Part shown: positions 46,884 through 56,986 of the stretch, piece by piece | Numbering within the stretch: position 1 is the stretch's first letter | How the letters are laid out: the number at the start of each line of letters is the position of its first letter | Source: an uncultured Candidatus Saccharibacteria bacterium | GTDB taxonomy: Bacteria > Patescibacteriota > WWE3 > UBA101185 > UBA10185 | Assembly (NCBI GenBank): GCA_964396025.1 | Contig: CAYNBT010000002.1 | Span: forward strand, 37,030-101,029 | DNA: 64,000 bases | Direction: 5' to 3' | Notes under the pieces: generated by a model | What the model was told of the DNA's origin: nothing | What the model saw: only the letters and a program-made list of their open reading frames with translations | The model's database searches: none | Translations under genes and position numbers: made by a program

Positions 46884-47891
46884 ATGGATAAAGAAATTGT
46901 AGTATCAATCAAGACAGTACTTTTTACCGTTGCTCTATTTATCGCACTCTTTGTTGTTGTAAAACTCGGACCGATTTTGGCACTACTCCTTATTGCTGCT
47001 TTGTTCGTACTGGCATTGGAGCCTTCTGTACAATTTTTAATGCGGCAGACATTGTTTGATCGCCCAATTCCTCGAGCTATCGCTGTTCCTGTAGCGTTCA
47101 CCGTGGCCGTCATCATAATTTTGCTTGTATTGACCGTGGGTCTACCTCCTGTGATAACGCAAGCCCAAACATTAATAGCAGGTTTATTGTCGGCTTCTGG
47201 TAGAATTCCTGGCCTAGAAACCACAAGTATAACCAAAGTCTTTGAATTGATTTCCACAGTGGCACCAAACTTTTCGGAGATTTCAGGGAATGTGGTTGCG
47301 GTTACTGTCTCATTTTTTTCCAATATTCTCACAGTAGTTAGCGTGCTTATTATTGCTTTATACATGTCTATGGATTGGGAGAACATCAAGCATCGTTTCT
47401 TTAATGCGTTGCCTACAGAGGCTCAACCGGAAGTAAGAAGTGTCCTTGCTGAAATCGAAGTAAGTGTTGGCCACTGGTTCAGAGGGCAAATTACCCTGAT
47501 GGTTTTGGTGGGGTTAGCAAGTTTTATTGGTCTTTTGATCTTAGGAATAGATTACCCTCTGGCCTTAGGATTAATCTCGGGTTTGTTAGAGATAGTTCCA
47601 ATGTTAGGACCGCTAGTTTCTGCAGTCCTTGCGGCCGTAGTTGGTTTTTCTATTTCGCCTCTCAAAGGTTTAGCGGCAGTGGCACTGTTTATATTGATTC
47701 AGCAGCTAGAGAACAATATTTTAGTACCAAAGGTTATGCAAAAGGTTTCCGGATTTAGCCCTCTTGTAATTCTTTTAGCGCTTTTGGTGGGAAGTAACTT
47801 CTTTGGAGTTGTTGGCGCTATTGTGGCCGTTCCGGTCACTATGATTCTATTCATAGTTGTAAAACATCTTATAGCTCATTCGTATAAGTAA
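46884..47891 (+). CDS. AI-2E (PerM) family transporter
   Basis: WFRGQ, EIVPMLGP, QQLENNILVPKVM, GVVGAIVAVP. Confidence 0.92.
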   Translation: MDKEIVVSIKTVLFTVALFIALFVVVKLGPILALLLIAALFVLALEPSVQFLMRQTLFDRPIPRAIAVPVAFTVAVIIILLVLTVGLPPVITQAQTLIAGLLSASGRIPGLETTSITKVFELISTVAPNFSEISGNVVAVTVSFFSNILTVVSVLIIALYMSMDWENIKHRFFNALPTEAQPEVRSVLAEIEVSVGHWFRGQITLMVLVGLASFIGLLILGIDYPLALGLISGLLEIVPMLGPLVSAVLAAVVGFSISPLKGLAAVALFILIQQLENNILVPKVMQKVSGFSPLVILLALLVGSNFFGVVGAIVAVPVTMILFIVVKHLIAHSYK

Positions 47892-47944
47892 CCGTTGACT
47901 CACTCCTTTGTTTGTCTTTAGTGCCATTGGAACAGCTATTTTTT

Positions 47945-48277
47945 TGGAAACAATAAGCCAGATTCTGTTGGGCACCTAAGTGCTTGGCGATCATCTATCT
48001 ATGCTCCGTCCTTACACCTTGCCGAGCCGGCTCAAGCGGTGAGTTCGCGGATTGCTGCGAGTAGGATTGCCCGTTTCATCCGTTGTTCGTGCCTTGCGGT
48101 TTAGAACATCGGTCGTCCCTGTTGCTCTCAAAGAATGTTGATTCATTCTCTGTTTCTTTAAGCTTTCGCCAAAGAACACTAGCAGTTACCTGTCGGAGGT
48201 TGCCCTCCGTCCTCTTGCTCTATGCAGTCTGGACTTTCCTCCCAGCCATTTCTGACTGAGCGATCACCCTGTTTCCA
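47945..48277 (-). ncRNA. rnpB: RNase P RNA
   Basis: Minus strand GAGGAAAGTCC near the 5' end and ACAGAATCTGGCTTA near the 3' end (P4); P1 ggaaaca/tgtttcc; TGcTATAAT promoter just upstream. Confidence 0.95.
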
Positions 48278-48346
48278 CCAGCATTATAGCACTTTCAAGC
48301 TGCTCACTCTGATGAATTAACTTAGCCGCTATGTTAATATACTCAC

Positions 48347-49423
48347 ATGACTGACTTAGATCCTGCAAAGTTTCATATACTTAATGCAGCTCAAAAACGC
48401 CTACTTTTAATTGCTTTGGTTTTTTTTACGTTCGTAGGACTCCCTATTTTCAGTTTTCTTTATTACTCTGTTGCAATAAATCGCCCGGCGCAAACCATAG
48501 ATGATTCAAGTTTTACGATTGATTCGGGTATGAGCCTAGAAGAAATCTCAAAAGGTTTGTACAGGCAAGACCTGATAAACTCTGAATTTATGTTTAAACT
48601 GTATTTGGTGCTGTCTGGATCTCATACGAAAATACAGGCTGGCGTTTATAAGATTCCGGCCGGTGCGAGTGCAGTTTTCTTAGCAGATCTTTTCAAACAT
48701 GGAACTAATGACAAACCTATAACCTTTTTAGAAGGTTGGCGACTTGAGGAGTTTGCTCTTGAGGCTGCAGAAAATCTCGAGAAAGTGGATTTCGAGAATT
48801 TTATACGAATAGCACGACCTTATGAGGGGTATCTGTTTCCAGATACATACAACATCAGTGCATCAATTGATGAAAGTGAGTTGGTTGAATTGTTGCGAAA
48901 CAACTTCAGCAATAAAACAGAAGATCTTCTCACAGAAACTAATCTTCAAAAAGCAGGTTTATCCAAGGAGCAAGCTGTAATCCTAGCCTCTATTGTAGAA
49001 AGAGAAGTTCATGCTAAGTCAGATCGCCCTATTGTTGCGGGAATATTAATTAAACGTTTGAAAAATGATGAATTATTGGGAGCGGATGCTACAACACAAT
49101 ACGCTGTTGATACAAGTAGAATTTGCCCTGCAGTGACTTCCATTGCTCTGTGCATACCTTCTAAAGAACAGGTTGAAACCGTAGATTTTTGGCCGGTAGT
49201 ATTGTATCAAGCAGATTTGGACAGTGAGAGCCCTTACAATACGCGCAAGTTAGTTGGTTTGCCCCCACTTCCTATATCAAATCCAGGATTTGATGCCTTG
49301 GAGTCGGTTGTAAATCACAAGATCACTGACTTTAATTTCTACCTAACAGATAGCAAGGGAATTACACACTACGCAAGAACTTTAGCTGAACACAACTCCA
49401 ATGTTGCTACATATCTTCGCTGA
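48347..49423 (+). CDS. mltG: Endolytic transglycosylase MltG
   Basis: TM; FLEGW, EGYLFPDTY, LASIVERE, SPYNT, GLPPLPISNPG, EHNSNV. Confidence 0.95.
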   Translation: MTDLDPAKFHILNAAQKRLLLIALVFFTFVGLPIFSFLYYSVAINRPAQTIDDSSFTIDSGMSLEEISKGLYRQDLINSEFMFKLYLVLSGSHTKIQAGVYKIPAGASAVFLADLFKHGTNDKPITFLEGWRLEEFALEAAENLEKVDFENFIRIARPYEGYLFPDTYNISASIDESELVELLRNNFSNKTEDLLTETNLQKAGLSKEQAVILASIVEREVHAKSDRPIVAGILIKRLKNDELLGADATTQYAVDTSRICPAVTSIALCIPSKEQVETVDFWPVVLYQADLDSESPYNTRKLVGLPPLPISNPGFDALESVVNHKITDFNFYLTDSKGITHYARTLAEHNSNVATYLR

Positions 49424-49856
49424 GCAGATTGTTGGAATTCACAAGTTCTTCAGAGAGTTTAATACCAAACAACTCCAACAACCCCTCATCTACCATGATA
49501 GGCTTGTTGAGTCTTACGGCAAGCGCCACTGCATCAGAAAGTCTTACATCAACAGATCTTATATCTGTACAATGCTGAATCTTTATACTTGAGTGAAATA
49601 TCCCATCAGTGAAACCTGTGATAACAGTACTAAGTATTTCTGCATGAAAAAGTTCCAAAATCTTACTCAACGCATCGTGTATTTGAGGTCTTTTTGCTGG
49701 AAAGCCCTGTTGCGATATGGTGATAATCTGAGCAGAAACAGAGTCAATCTCTAGAGGAAGTAATATGCTAGACTCCTTATCCAGAAGATACAGCGTAAAT
49801 GTTTCGTCCTTTGAATTTTTATTAGAGATAATTGCCTTTACTTCCAGATTTTTCAT
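49407..49856 (-). CDS. Bifunctional nuclease (DUF151) family protein
   Basis: LPLEID, RPQIHD, GIFHS, DVRLSDAVALAVR...PI. Confidence 0.85.
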   Translation of the reverse strand: MKNLEVKAIISNKNSKDETFTLYLLDKESSILLPLEIDSVSAQIITISQQGFPAKRPQIHDALSKILELFHAEILSTVITGFTDGIFHSSIKIQHCTDIRSVDVRLSDAVALAVRLNKPIMVDEGLLELFGIKLSEELVNSNNLLSEDM

Positions 49857-49946
49857 ATCTTAAAGTTTGGCAGGAGAGTACTGCGACTATAGTATTAAAA
49901 ACTATGTTTTGCAAGATTAAATCAGCTCGCCTATAATAGCAGTGTT

Positions 49947-50387
49947 ATGTTAAATCTGCTCAAGGACATGAACTCCAAAGCCGATTCCTACTACGCGGGC
50001 TTAAAAGAAGAAAAAAAGTCTCACTACTTTTACATGTTCCTTTTTGGAACTTTTATATGTTTTATACTCTTTGGTTTGGTATTGGGCTACTTAACTGGTC
50101 CACAGCTCAATGATGAAGATATGAATCAGCCGGCTTTTAATCAACCAGAAGAAAAGTATTATGAAGGTAGAATATCCTATGTTGACCCCATGCGTTATCC
50201 AGGTCAAAATGTCTCATATATCTTAGTCGATCCTAATGGAAAGTTACTGTTTTTGCTTAAAGCTCAGGATCAAAAGCTTGTTGTAGCCGAAGGTCATTGG
50301 GGCAAATTGTACGGGGATATTTCCAAGTCACCTACAGGAGAAGATATACTTACAGTTGAAAGGGTTGTACTGAAGCAATCAAACTAA
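49947..50387 (+). CDS. Hypothetical membrane protein upstream of ftsE
   Basis: One TM and a beta-rich C-terminus; TTGCAA-17-TATAAT promoter upstream. Confidence 0.7.
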   Translation: MLNLLKDMNSKADSYYAGLKEEKKSHYFYMFLFGTFICFILFGLVLGYLTGPQLNDEDMNQPAFNQPEEKYYEGRISYVDPMRYPGQNVSYILVDPNGKLLFLLKAQDQKLVVAEGHWGKLYGDISKSPTGEDILTVERVVLKQSN

Positions 50388-50388
50388 T

Positions 50389-51075
50389 ATGAGTCAAATC
50401 AACTTTAATCAAGTTAGCAAAGAGTATGCCAACAGTGTAAAAGCACTAGATGGTGTTTCTTTTACTGTTGAACCAGGCGAGTTTATTTTTTTGATCGGAC
50501 CGTCTGGCGCAGGAAAATCCACTCTCATTAAAATGCTTATCAGAGAAGAGGTGCCTTCTGATGGAGTTGTCCTTCTTAACGATCAAAATGTAGCTGACGT
50601 ACCTTTAAGTGCTATACCGGATCTTCGTCGCAGAGTGGGCGTTGTGTTTCAGGATTTCAAAGTTTTAAAATCAAAGAGTGTTTTTGAAAATGTGGCAATC
50701 GCTCTAGATGTTGTAGATACGCCAGATGTGGAGATAAAGGAGATAGTACCTAACGTTCTAAATCTCGTGGGACTTTTTGACAAAATGGAAAGCTTCCCTT
50801 CACAACTTTCCGGGGGAGAATTGCAGCGACTTTCCATTGCGCGTGCATTTGCACATGAGCCAGACATTTTGGTTGCAGATGAACCTACCGGGATGATTGA
50901 TCCGCTTGCGACTTTGGAGGTTTTAGATATTCTGGAGAAAATAAATGCCTTGGGTACAACTGTTTTAATGTCCACACATGATCAGCATATTGTAGACAGA
51001 ATGAAAAAACGAGTTATTAAATTGGAAAAAGGGCAGTTGGTTTGGGACAAACAAGGAGGAAAATATCATGGATAA
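50389..51075 (+). CDS. ftsE: Cell division ATP-binding protein FtsE
   Basis: GPSGAGKST, LRRRVGVVFQDFK, LSGGE, ADEPTG; followed by ftsX. Confidence 0.93.
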   Translation: MSQINFNQVSKEYANSVKALDGVSFTVEPGEFIFLIGPSGAGKSTLIKMLIREEVPSDGVVLLNDQNVADVPLSAIPDLRRRVGVVFQDFKVLKSKSVFENVAIALDVVDTPDVEIKEIVPNVLNLVGLFDKMESFPSQLSGGELQRLSIARAFAHEPDILVADEPTGMIDPLATLEVLDILEKINALGTTVLMSTHDQHIVDRMKKRVIKLEKGQLVWDKQGGKYHG

Positions 51076-51961
51076 AGTGTTAAAGAATATTTCCATACTT
51101 CTGAAAAGAGAAAGATTGTTAGTAGTTACAAATATCTTGGTTATCACTCTCACATTCCTTATAATGGGATCCTTTATAACCATTTTTACCCTAACTCAAA
51201 CAGTACTGCGTAGACTTGAAGATCAAGCTCAGATTACGGTCTTTTTTAAAGACGACTTTCCCGCGAAGAATATATTGGCATTACAAAATAGTCTCAAAAA
51301 AGATGAACGTGTACTCGATGTTACTTATGTTTCAAAAGAGGCTGCGTTTAAAATTTTTACTGACTTAAACAAAAATGAACCAGTTCTACTAGAATCCCTA
51401 ACAGCAAGTATCTTGCCTGCTAGTTTGGAAATCAGAGCCACAAAGGTAGGGGATTTGGCTGCCCTTGCAGGCGAATTGGGAAAAAAGGATGGCGTGGAAG
51501 AGGTAAAATTCTTTAGAGATGTTATCGAGAATTTTCGACGAATAGGTTTGGTGATAAATATTGTAGGTGCTGTTTTGGTTGTGGCTTTTTTGATTATTTC
51601 TTTTGCGGTTATCACTGTGGCATTAAGGATGACCATTAATTCTAAGGGCACAGAGTTAGAAATTCTAAAGTTGGTGGGGGCCTCCGATAACTATGTACAG
51701 TATCCGTTGATAGTGCAGGGAGTTTTCTATTGTTTAGTATCTTCTGTTTTGGCTACTATAATTCTAGTACCTTCTCTATTAGTTCTGCTTTCGTCTTCTG
51801 CTATTGCGGATTCAGGACTGGTCATGTTCAGTTTTGTCCCGGGTCTAAAAATCAATGTTTATGTGTACATCGCTTTGCTTTTTGTACTCCTAAACCTAGT
51901 TGGTATAATCCTAGGCTATTTTGGCAGTAAGAACGCCATTAAAAAGTATCTTAAATACTAG
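51068..51961 (+). CDS. ftsX: Cell division permease FtsX
   Basis: Four TMs; YVSKEAA, LPAS, ILKLVGASDNYVQYP. Confidence 0.92.
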   Translation: MDKVLKNISILLKRERLLVVTNILVITLTFLIMGSFITIFTLTQTVLRRLEDQAQITVFFKDDFPAKNILALQNSLKKDERVLDVTYVSKEAAFKIFTDLNKNEPVLLESLTASILPASLEIRATKVGDLAALAGELGKKDGVEEVKFFRDVIENFRRIGLVINIVGAVLVVAFLIISFAVITVALRMTINSKGTELEILKLVGASDNYVQYPLIVQGVFYCLVSSVLATIILVPSLLVLLSSSAIADSGLVMFSFVPGLKINVYVYIALLFVLLNLVGIILGYFGSKNAIKKYLKY

Positions 51962-51969
51962 TTACATTT

Positions 51970-53184
51970 ATGAGATTAAGGACAGTAATCGTATTTTCAC
52001 TAATAACCTTAGTTGTCTTTTCTGCAGCTCCTGCGGTGTTGGCGCATTACATGCCCTTTGGTGGTACAGAAGAAGATACTCCAGCACCTGATGAGGAATT
52101 GGAAAGCAAAATCGAAGATTTACAAGAAAAGATAGAAGAATATGAAAAGAAGATTGGAAAACTGGAAAAGCAGGAACAGAGCCTTTCAAAAGATATTGAA
52201 TACGCCAACAGTCAGATTAGCATTTTGGAATTAAAAGTTCAGTCTGTGCTAGCCCAAATTGAGCAAAAAACCTCACAAATAGGTAGATTAGGTAATGACA
52301 TTGAAAAACTTAGGAATCGTATTGAACGCCTAGGAGAATCAATTGATTACCAGCAGGACGTTTTGTCTGAACGCATGCGTACACGCTACAAAGTATACGA
52401 TAGTTCGCCTCTAGTAGTTCTTTTGGGAGGTACTACACTCAACAATTTGGTGCAAAAAACCAAATATCTAAAATCAATGGAAATTCAAGACACAAAATTG
52501 GTAAAAGAAATGAAAAGGACAAAAGAAGATTTTAGTCTTCAAAAAACCTTGTTTGAGCAAAAAAAGGCTCAAGCGGAAGATCTGAAGGCACAGATCGAGC
52601 AAGAAAAAAACAACTTAGTAAGTTATCAGAATGAACTTGAGCGCCAAAAGAAGGATAAGGAAGAATTACTTAGAAAAACCGAGAATGACGAAAACAAATA
52701 TCAGCAGCTTCTTGCTCAAGTAAAGTCAGAGCTAGCTGCCTTGCAACTTGCCATTGATTTGCCTTCCGGTGATGGCGAAGAGGTTGAGGAAGGGGATGTA
52801 ATTGGTTTCATGGGTAATACAGGGTGTTCTTCAGGACCACATTTGCACTTTGGGTATGTTAAAGATGGCCGTTCTAGGGATCCTCTTCCTGAGTTAAATA
52901 AAGGTAATCTGAAGTGGCCGGTTTCCAACTGGCAAATAACACAATACTTTGGTGAAAACTACTCCTTTTATATGAACAATTTTGGAATTCCCGGGCACGA
53001 CGCACTGGACATTGTGAGCAGTTCTCAATGGTCAGGTGCACCGGTGAAAGCAGCTAAGGATGGGGTGCTGTATTATGCACAGGATGCCAAAGTTTACTGC
53101 CCTGGGCTAAACAACTCCATCGGTAAGGGAGCGATTATTGATCACGGAGACAATGAGCGAACAATCTATTGGCATCTTCAGTAA
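51970..53184 (+). CDS. Coiled-coil M23 peptidoglycan peptidase (EnvC/CwlO-like FtsEX partner) with a permuted catalytic domain
   Basis: Signal peptide, long coiled coil, GNTGCSSGPHLHF, then HDALD, KAAKDG and IYWHL. Confidence 0.88.
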   Translation: MRLRTVIVFSLITLVVFSAAPAVLAHYMPFGGTEEDTPAPDEELESKIEDLQEKIEEYEKKIGKLEKQEQSLSKDIEYANSQISILELKVQSVLAQIEQKTSQIGRLGNDIEKLRNRIERLGESIDYQQDVLSERMRTRYKVYDSSPLVVLLGGTTLNNLVQKTKYLKSMEIQDTKLVKEMKRTKEDFSLQKTLFEQKKAQAEDLKAQIEQEKNNLVSYQNELERQKKDKEELLRKTENDENKYQQLLAQVKSELAALQLAIDLPSGDGEEVEEGDVIGFMGNTGCSSGPHLHFGYVKDGRSRDPLPELNKGNLKWPVSNWQITQYFGENYSFYMNNFGIPGHDALDIVSSSQWSGAPVKAAKDGVLYYAQDAKVYCPGLNNSIGKGAIIDHGDNERTIYWHLQ

Positions 53185-53245
53185 TTCTATTTCTGTTAGA
53201 AACTTAGCCCTTTATCTTACTCTGCAGGAAGTATAGATTCCGAGT

Positions 53246-53728
53246 ATGTGCAACAAAATAATACAAACAGTAGTGATGTTTGTGGTTTTTATACGCGTGT
53301 TTTTGAATTGTCCTGAAGTGGATGCTAAGGAATCAACTCCTTCCGTCAAGTTGGAAACACACTTGTTGGGCGAATCAAGGGAAGTTAATCTACTTTTAGA
53401 TTCAGAGGATTCGTTTAGAGTACGTCCAAATGCTACAGTGGGAGGCATGCAGGTATGGGATTCTAGAATGCAGCGCTGGGTAGAAAATGTCGGTTTGTGG
53501 TCACAGTTGCCTCAAGTTTCGGGCAGCATCAAAATGCGTTTTAGCAAATCAGGCTTTCCAAAAAAGATTTTCAATCTAATTTTCCAAGATCCTATTACAG
53601 CTAAACTTTATTATTCCCCTCAGTACACGGTTTGGAGTGCCTACTATGTACAAAATTATCTGAGTTCGTTAAACAGTAACCTAGATGAGCAAAACGAATC
53701 TTCGGCTAGTAAAGTATGGGGATGGTAG
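53246..53728 (+). CDS. Hypothetical exported protein
   Basis: Hydrophobic N-terminus; fills the gap on +. Confidence 0.55.
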   Translation: MCNKIIQTVVMFVVFIRVFLNCPEVDAKESTPSVKLETHLLGESREVNLLLDSEDSFRVRPNATVGGMQVWDSRMQRWVENVGLWSQLPQVSGSIKMRFSKSGFPKKIFNLIFQDPITAKLYYSPQYTVWSAYYVQNYLSSLNSNLDEQNESSASKVWGW

Positions 53729-53737
53729 AATTGGTGG

Positions 53738-54109
53738 ATGCAGGTTTTAAAAAGATGGCTTCCATCTATACTAATGTGCACACTTATTTTTGTGTCTTCA
53801 TCCTTGCCCGGTGCCTCTGTGTCCGGAAACGGAGATGTAGATTACTCAGCTCACAAATTTGCGCATACAGTAGTGTTTTCTCTGTTATGCTTCACTTTCT
53901 ACAGGGCCACCAAAAACCCTGCAGGTGCAGCTGCTTTAACATCCTTGTATGGGGTTTTGGATGAGTTTCATCAGACGTTTGTCTTGACACGATCAGGTAA
54001 TATAATTGATGTAGCTGTGGATACGTCCGCAGCAGTTGTAACTGCCGTTGTTTTATGGAAATACTTTCACTTTCTGCCGAACAAACTCAAGATTTGGCTA
54101 AACGAATAG
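53738..54109 (+). CDS. VanZ family membrane protein
   Basis: IFVSSS, HKFAH, YGVLDEFHQTFV..RSG...DV. Confidence 0.9.
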   Translation: MQVLKRWLPSILMCTLIFVSSSLPGASVSGNGDVDYSAHKFAHTVVFSLLCFTFYRATKNPAGAAALTSLYGVLDEFHQTFVLTRSGNIIDVAVDTSAAVVTAVVLWKYFHFLPNKLKIWLNE

Positions 54110-54498
54110 CTTCTAGGCTGGTTCCGGGCGATGTTTTGGCGTTATATGGGGATCTAGGGGCTGGTAAAACCACTTTTACTAACTTCTTAGTGCAGGGTTT
54201 GAATATAAACGCAAGAGTTCAGAGTCCGACCTTTGTAATTGCGCGTTGCTATCAAGGGAACGGTATGAATGGGATTTGTAAGGTACATCATGCGGATTTA
54301 TATAGACTAGCTAATGAAGTGGAACTTGCTGATTTGGGCATACACGAGCTTTTTGGCGAGTCAGATTCTATACTCGTGGTAGAGTGGCCCGAGTTTCTTG
54401 AGCAACAACTGCCTGCAAATACAATAAAAATTAGATTTACACTTTTGGAAGATGGAAACCGAAAAATATATGTGGAAAATACAAATAGATTCAACTAA
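54055..54498 (+). CDS. tsaE: tRNA threonylcarbamoyladenosine ATPase TsaE
   Basis: GDLGAGKTTF, VQSPTF, HADLYRL, VEWPE. Confidence 0.96.
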   Translation: MEILSLSAEQTQDLAKRIASRLVPGDVLALYGDLGAGKTTFTNFLVQGLNINARVQSPTFVIARCYQGNGMNGICKVHHADLYRLANEVELADLGIHELFGESDSILVVEWPEFLEQQLPANTIKIRFTLLEDGNRKIYVENTNRFN

Positions 54499-54811
54499 AA
54501 GACGTGAGGCGATCGTTGCTCTTTTTAAGGTTACAGGCGGTATAGAAACGTTGGTGGCTTCCAAGGAGGGTGATCTAGATATTGTATCTGCAATCAAGGA
54601 ACTCCTTACAGAGAATAATCTGAAGTTAGCTGATGTTTCTGAAGTTAAGCCTGTTTTGGGTCCTGGCTCATACACCGGTCTCAGAAATGGCGTAACAGTT
54701 GCTAACACGCTTAGTTGGGCATTAGGAAAAAAAGAGTTGAAAGATTTGGACGTTCCTTTGTATGGATCAGAACCCAATATAAGTGAACGCAAGGAAAAAT
54801 CTCTAAATTAA
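54470..54811 (+). CDS. tsaB: TsaB-like protein (very short)
   Basis: IDST, GPGSYTGLRNGVTVANTL, PLY; follows tsaE. Confidence 0.82.
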   Translation: MWKIQIDSTKRREAIVALFKVTGGIETLVASKEGDLDIVSAIKELLTENNLKLADVSEVKPVLGPGSYTGLRNGVTVANTLSWALGKKELKDLDVPLYGSEPNISERKEKSLN

Positions 54812-54858
54812 AGCAATTAACCCTAGAACCCTTTGCCTGCTAGTTGTAAAATACACAT

Positions 54859-55938
54859 ATGAAAATTCTTGTCACTGGAGCAGCAGGTTTTATTGCCAGT
54901 TATGTTAGCCGTAAATTGCTGTGGCGTGGGGATGAGGTTGTAGGCATAGATAACTTTAGTGATTACTATGGACGGGATTGTAAAGAATTCAATGTAGATC
55001 TAACCAGACTAGCGGCAGGGTTATCCCCTGAAACATATAGCAATGAGCTCATTTCTCCAGTTTATACTGCGTTAGTAAAGTATTATCCCGAGGCTACCCG
55101 CGTAGCTCAATCAAACTTTGTTTTTGAGGAAGTGGACATAACAAACTATCCTTTACTGGAACAATTGTTTGCTTTGCACCAGTTTGACGCCGTTATCCAC
55201 TTGGGTGCTATGGCCGGAGTTCCGTATTCAACAAAAAATCCACTTCTTTATACAAATGTGAATGTGCAAGGAACCACTAACCTTTTAGATCTGTGTGTAA
55301 AGCATGGCGTTAAAAAGTTTATCTTTGGCTCCTCGTCCTCGGTGTATGGAAATCGCGACGACAAGAAAGTTGAAGAATCTGACGATGTCTCGCGTGCTGT
55401 TTCTGTGTATGGGGCTTCCAAAGTAGCTGGGGAAGTGATTAGCCACGCTTTTACTTCGGTGTTTGATCTTGCGGTTACGGTCATTAGAATCTTTGGTCCG
55501 ATCTATGGTCCACTGCAACGTCCTTATGGCATGATTCACCAGCGCGCAATTAATTATGTACATAACAACAAAGAGCTAACCATTTATGGAAAAAAAGGTC
55601 TTGAGACAGCAAAGGACAGTACATATATCGACGATGAGGTGAATGGTATTTTGTTAGCACTTGATGCGGATTTTAAATTTGAAGTATTCAATATTGGAAC
55701 CTCTAACCCTCTGCCTATAAGTGTTTGGCTTGATGCAATACAAAAGGCATATGGAAAACCCGTTCCTTACAAAATTGTTGATGCGGACAAAGCAGACGTG
55801 GTTTCAAGCGCAAATATAAGCAAAGCTCAGCGTATGCTAAATTACAATCCACAAATGGACATGTATGAAGGCGTAAGGCGCCAAGTAGAAATTTTCAAGC
55901 TAATGCCCCTGTGGTATCAGCAGATGACTAATGTCTAA
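54859..55938 (+). CDS. NAD-dependent sugar-nucleotide epimerase/dehydratase (UDP-glucuronate 4-epimerase-like)
   Basis: VTGAAGFIA, HLGAMAGVPYS, SSSSVYG, YGASK. Confidence 0.9.
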   Translation: MKILVTGAAGFIASYVSRKLLWRGDEVVGIDNFSDYYGRDCKEFNVDLTRLAAGLSPETYSNELISPVYTALVKYYPEATRVAQSNFVFEEVDITNYPLLEQLFALHQFDAVIHLGAMAGVPYSTKNPLLYTNVNVQGTTNLLDLCVKHGVKKFIFGSSSSVYGNRDDKKVEESDDVSRAVSVYGASKVAGEVISHAFTSVFDLAVTVIRIFGPIYGPLQRPYGMIHQRAINYVHNNKELTIYGKKGLETAKDSTYIDDEVNGILLALDADFKFEVFNIGTSNPLPISVWLDAIQKAYGKPVPYKIVDADKADVVSSANISKAQRMLNYNPQMDMYEGVRRQVEIFKLMPLWYQQMTNV

Positions 55939-55944
55939 AAACAT

Positions 55945-56913
55945 ATGGAACACAAGAAACTAATTTCAATCGTAATTCCTTGCTATAACGAGGAGAAAAA
56001 TATCAACAGAACATTAGATGATTTGCTGGTATTGGCTAAAAACTCCAGATCTTATGATTTTGAAATAATTGCTGTAAACGATGGTAGTAAAGATGGGACA
56101 TGGGGCGTGATAAAAAGTTATGCGGCGAGAGAAAATATGGTGCGGGGTATAAATCTTATGACAAACTTTGGGCAAAGCGCTGCGTATCAAGCGGGATTTG
56201 ATTTGTCTAAAGGCGATTTTGTGATTACGGTTTCGGCAGATTTAGAAATACCTCTAGAAAATATTCATAAGGTTATAGATAAACTGGAAGAAGGTTACGA
56301 TTTTGTAAACACCAACAGAAGCGGCCGTTGGAATGAGGAAAAAGCTGCAAGACAGGTCAAAAGCGGATTAGCAAATAAACTGATTGCAAAGATTTCGGGA
56401 GTGCAAATGCTTGATCGTGGTTCTGGGATGAAAGGTTTTACCAGAGTTATCGTGGAAAACCTCAATTTCTATGGCGAAATGCACAGGTTTATTCCCGATT
56501 ATGCTTCTGTGTTTGGCGCAAAAATGACGGAATTTGATGTGGAATTTAAAGATCGCGATTTTGGGGTTTCGGCTTACTCCGGACACAAACGCACGATCAA
56601 AGTACTACTTGATCTAATGACTTTGGCGTTTATGATCTACTTTGCCAAGAAACCTTTTTACATGATGCCCGGTAGATTGTTTGGTTTTACGGGTGCTGTA
56701 ATTTCAGGAGTAGGGGGTTTGGCAGGATTTTATCTTTTTGTGCTAAAGGTTTTGGGATACAGCATCGGCAACAGGCCCTTACTGATTGCCTCGGCACTCA
56801 TGATTATTGTGGGTATCCAATCAATCATGTTTGGTATGCTTGGCGAACTTATGATGCGGACCTATTTTGAGAGTTCAGGTCGTAAACCATACAGCACTAG
56901 AGAACAGGTATAG
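55945..56913 (+). CDS. GT2 polyprenol-phosphate glycosyltransferase (ArnC/GtrB-like)
   Basis: SIVIPCYNEE, VNDGSKD, NFGQSAA, MHRFIP; two C-terminal TMs. Confidence 0.9.
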   Translation: MEHKKLISIVIPCYNEEKNINRTLDDLLVLAKNSRSYDFEIIAVNDGSKDGTWGVIKSYAARENMVRGINLMTNFGQSAAYQAGFDLSKGDFVITVSADLEIPLENIHKVIDKLEEGYDFVNTNRSGRWNEEKAARQVKSGLANKLIAKISGVQMLDRGSGMKGFTRVIVENLNFYGEMHRFIPDYASVFGAKMTEFDVEFKDRDFGVSAYSGHKRTIKVLLDLMTLAFMIYFAKKPFYMMPGRLFGFTGAVISGVGGLAGFYLFVLKVLGYSIGNRPLLIASALMIIVGIQSIMFGMLGELMMRTYFESSGRKPYSTREQV

Positions 56914-56986
56914 TCGCATTTGCAAATTTAGCACCTATAGTATACGATCACATTAGAATTCACTTTAACCCTTAAGGAGGGTGTCT

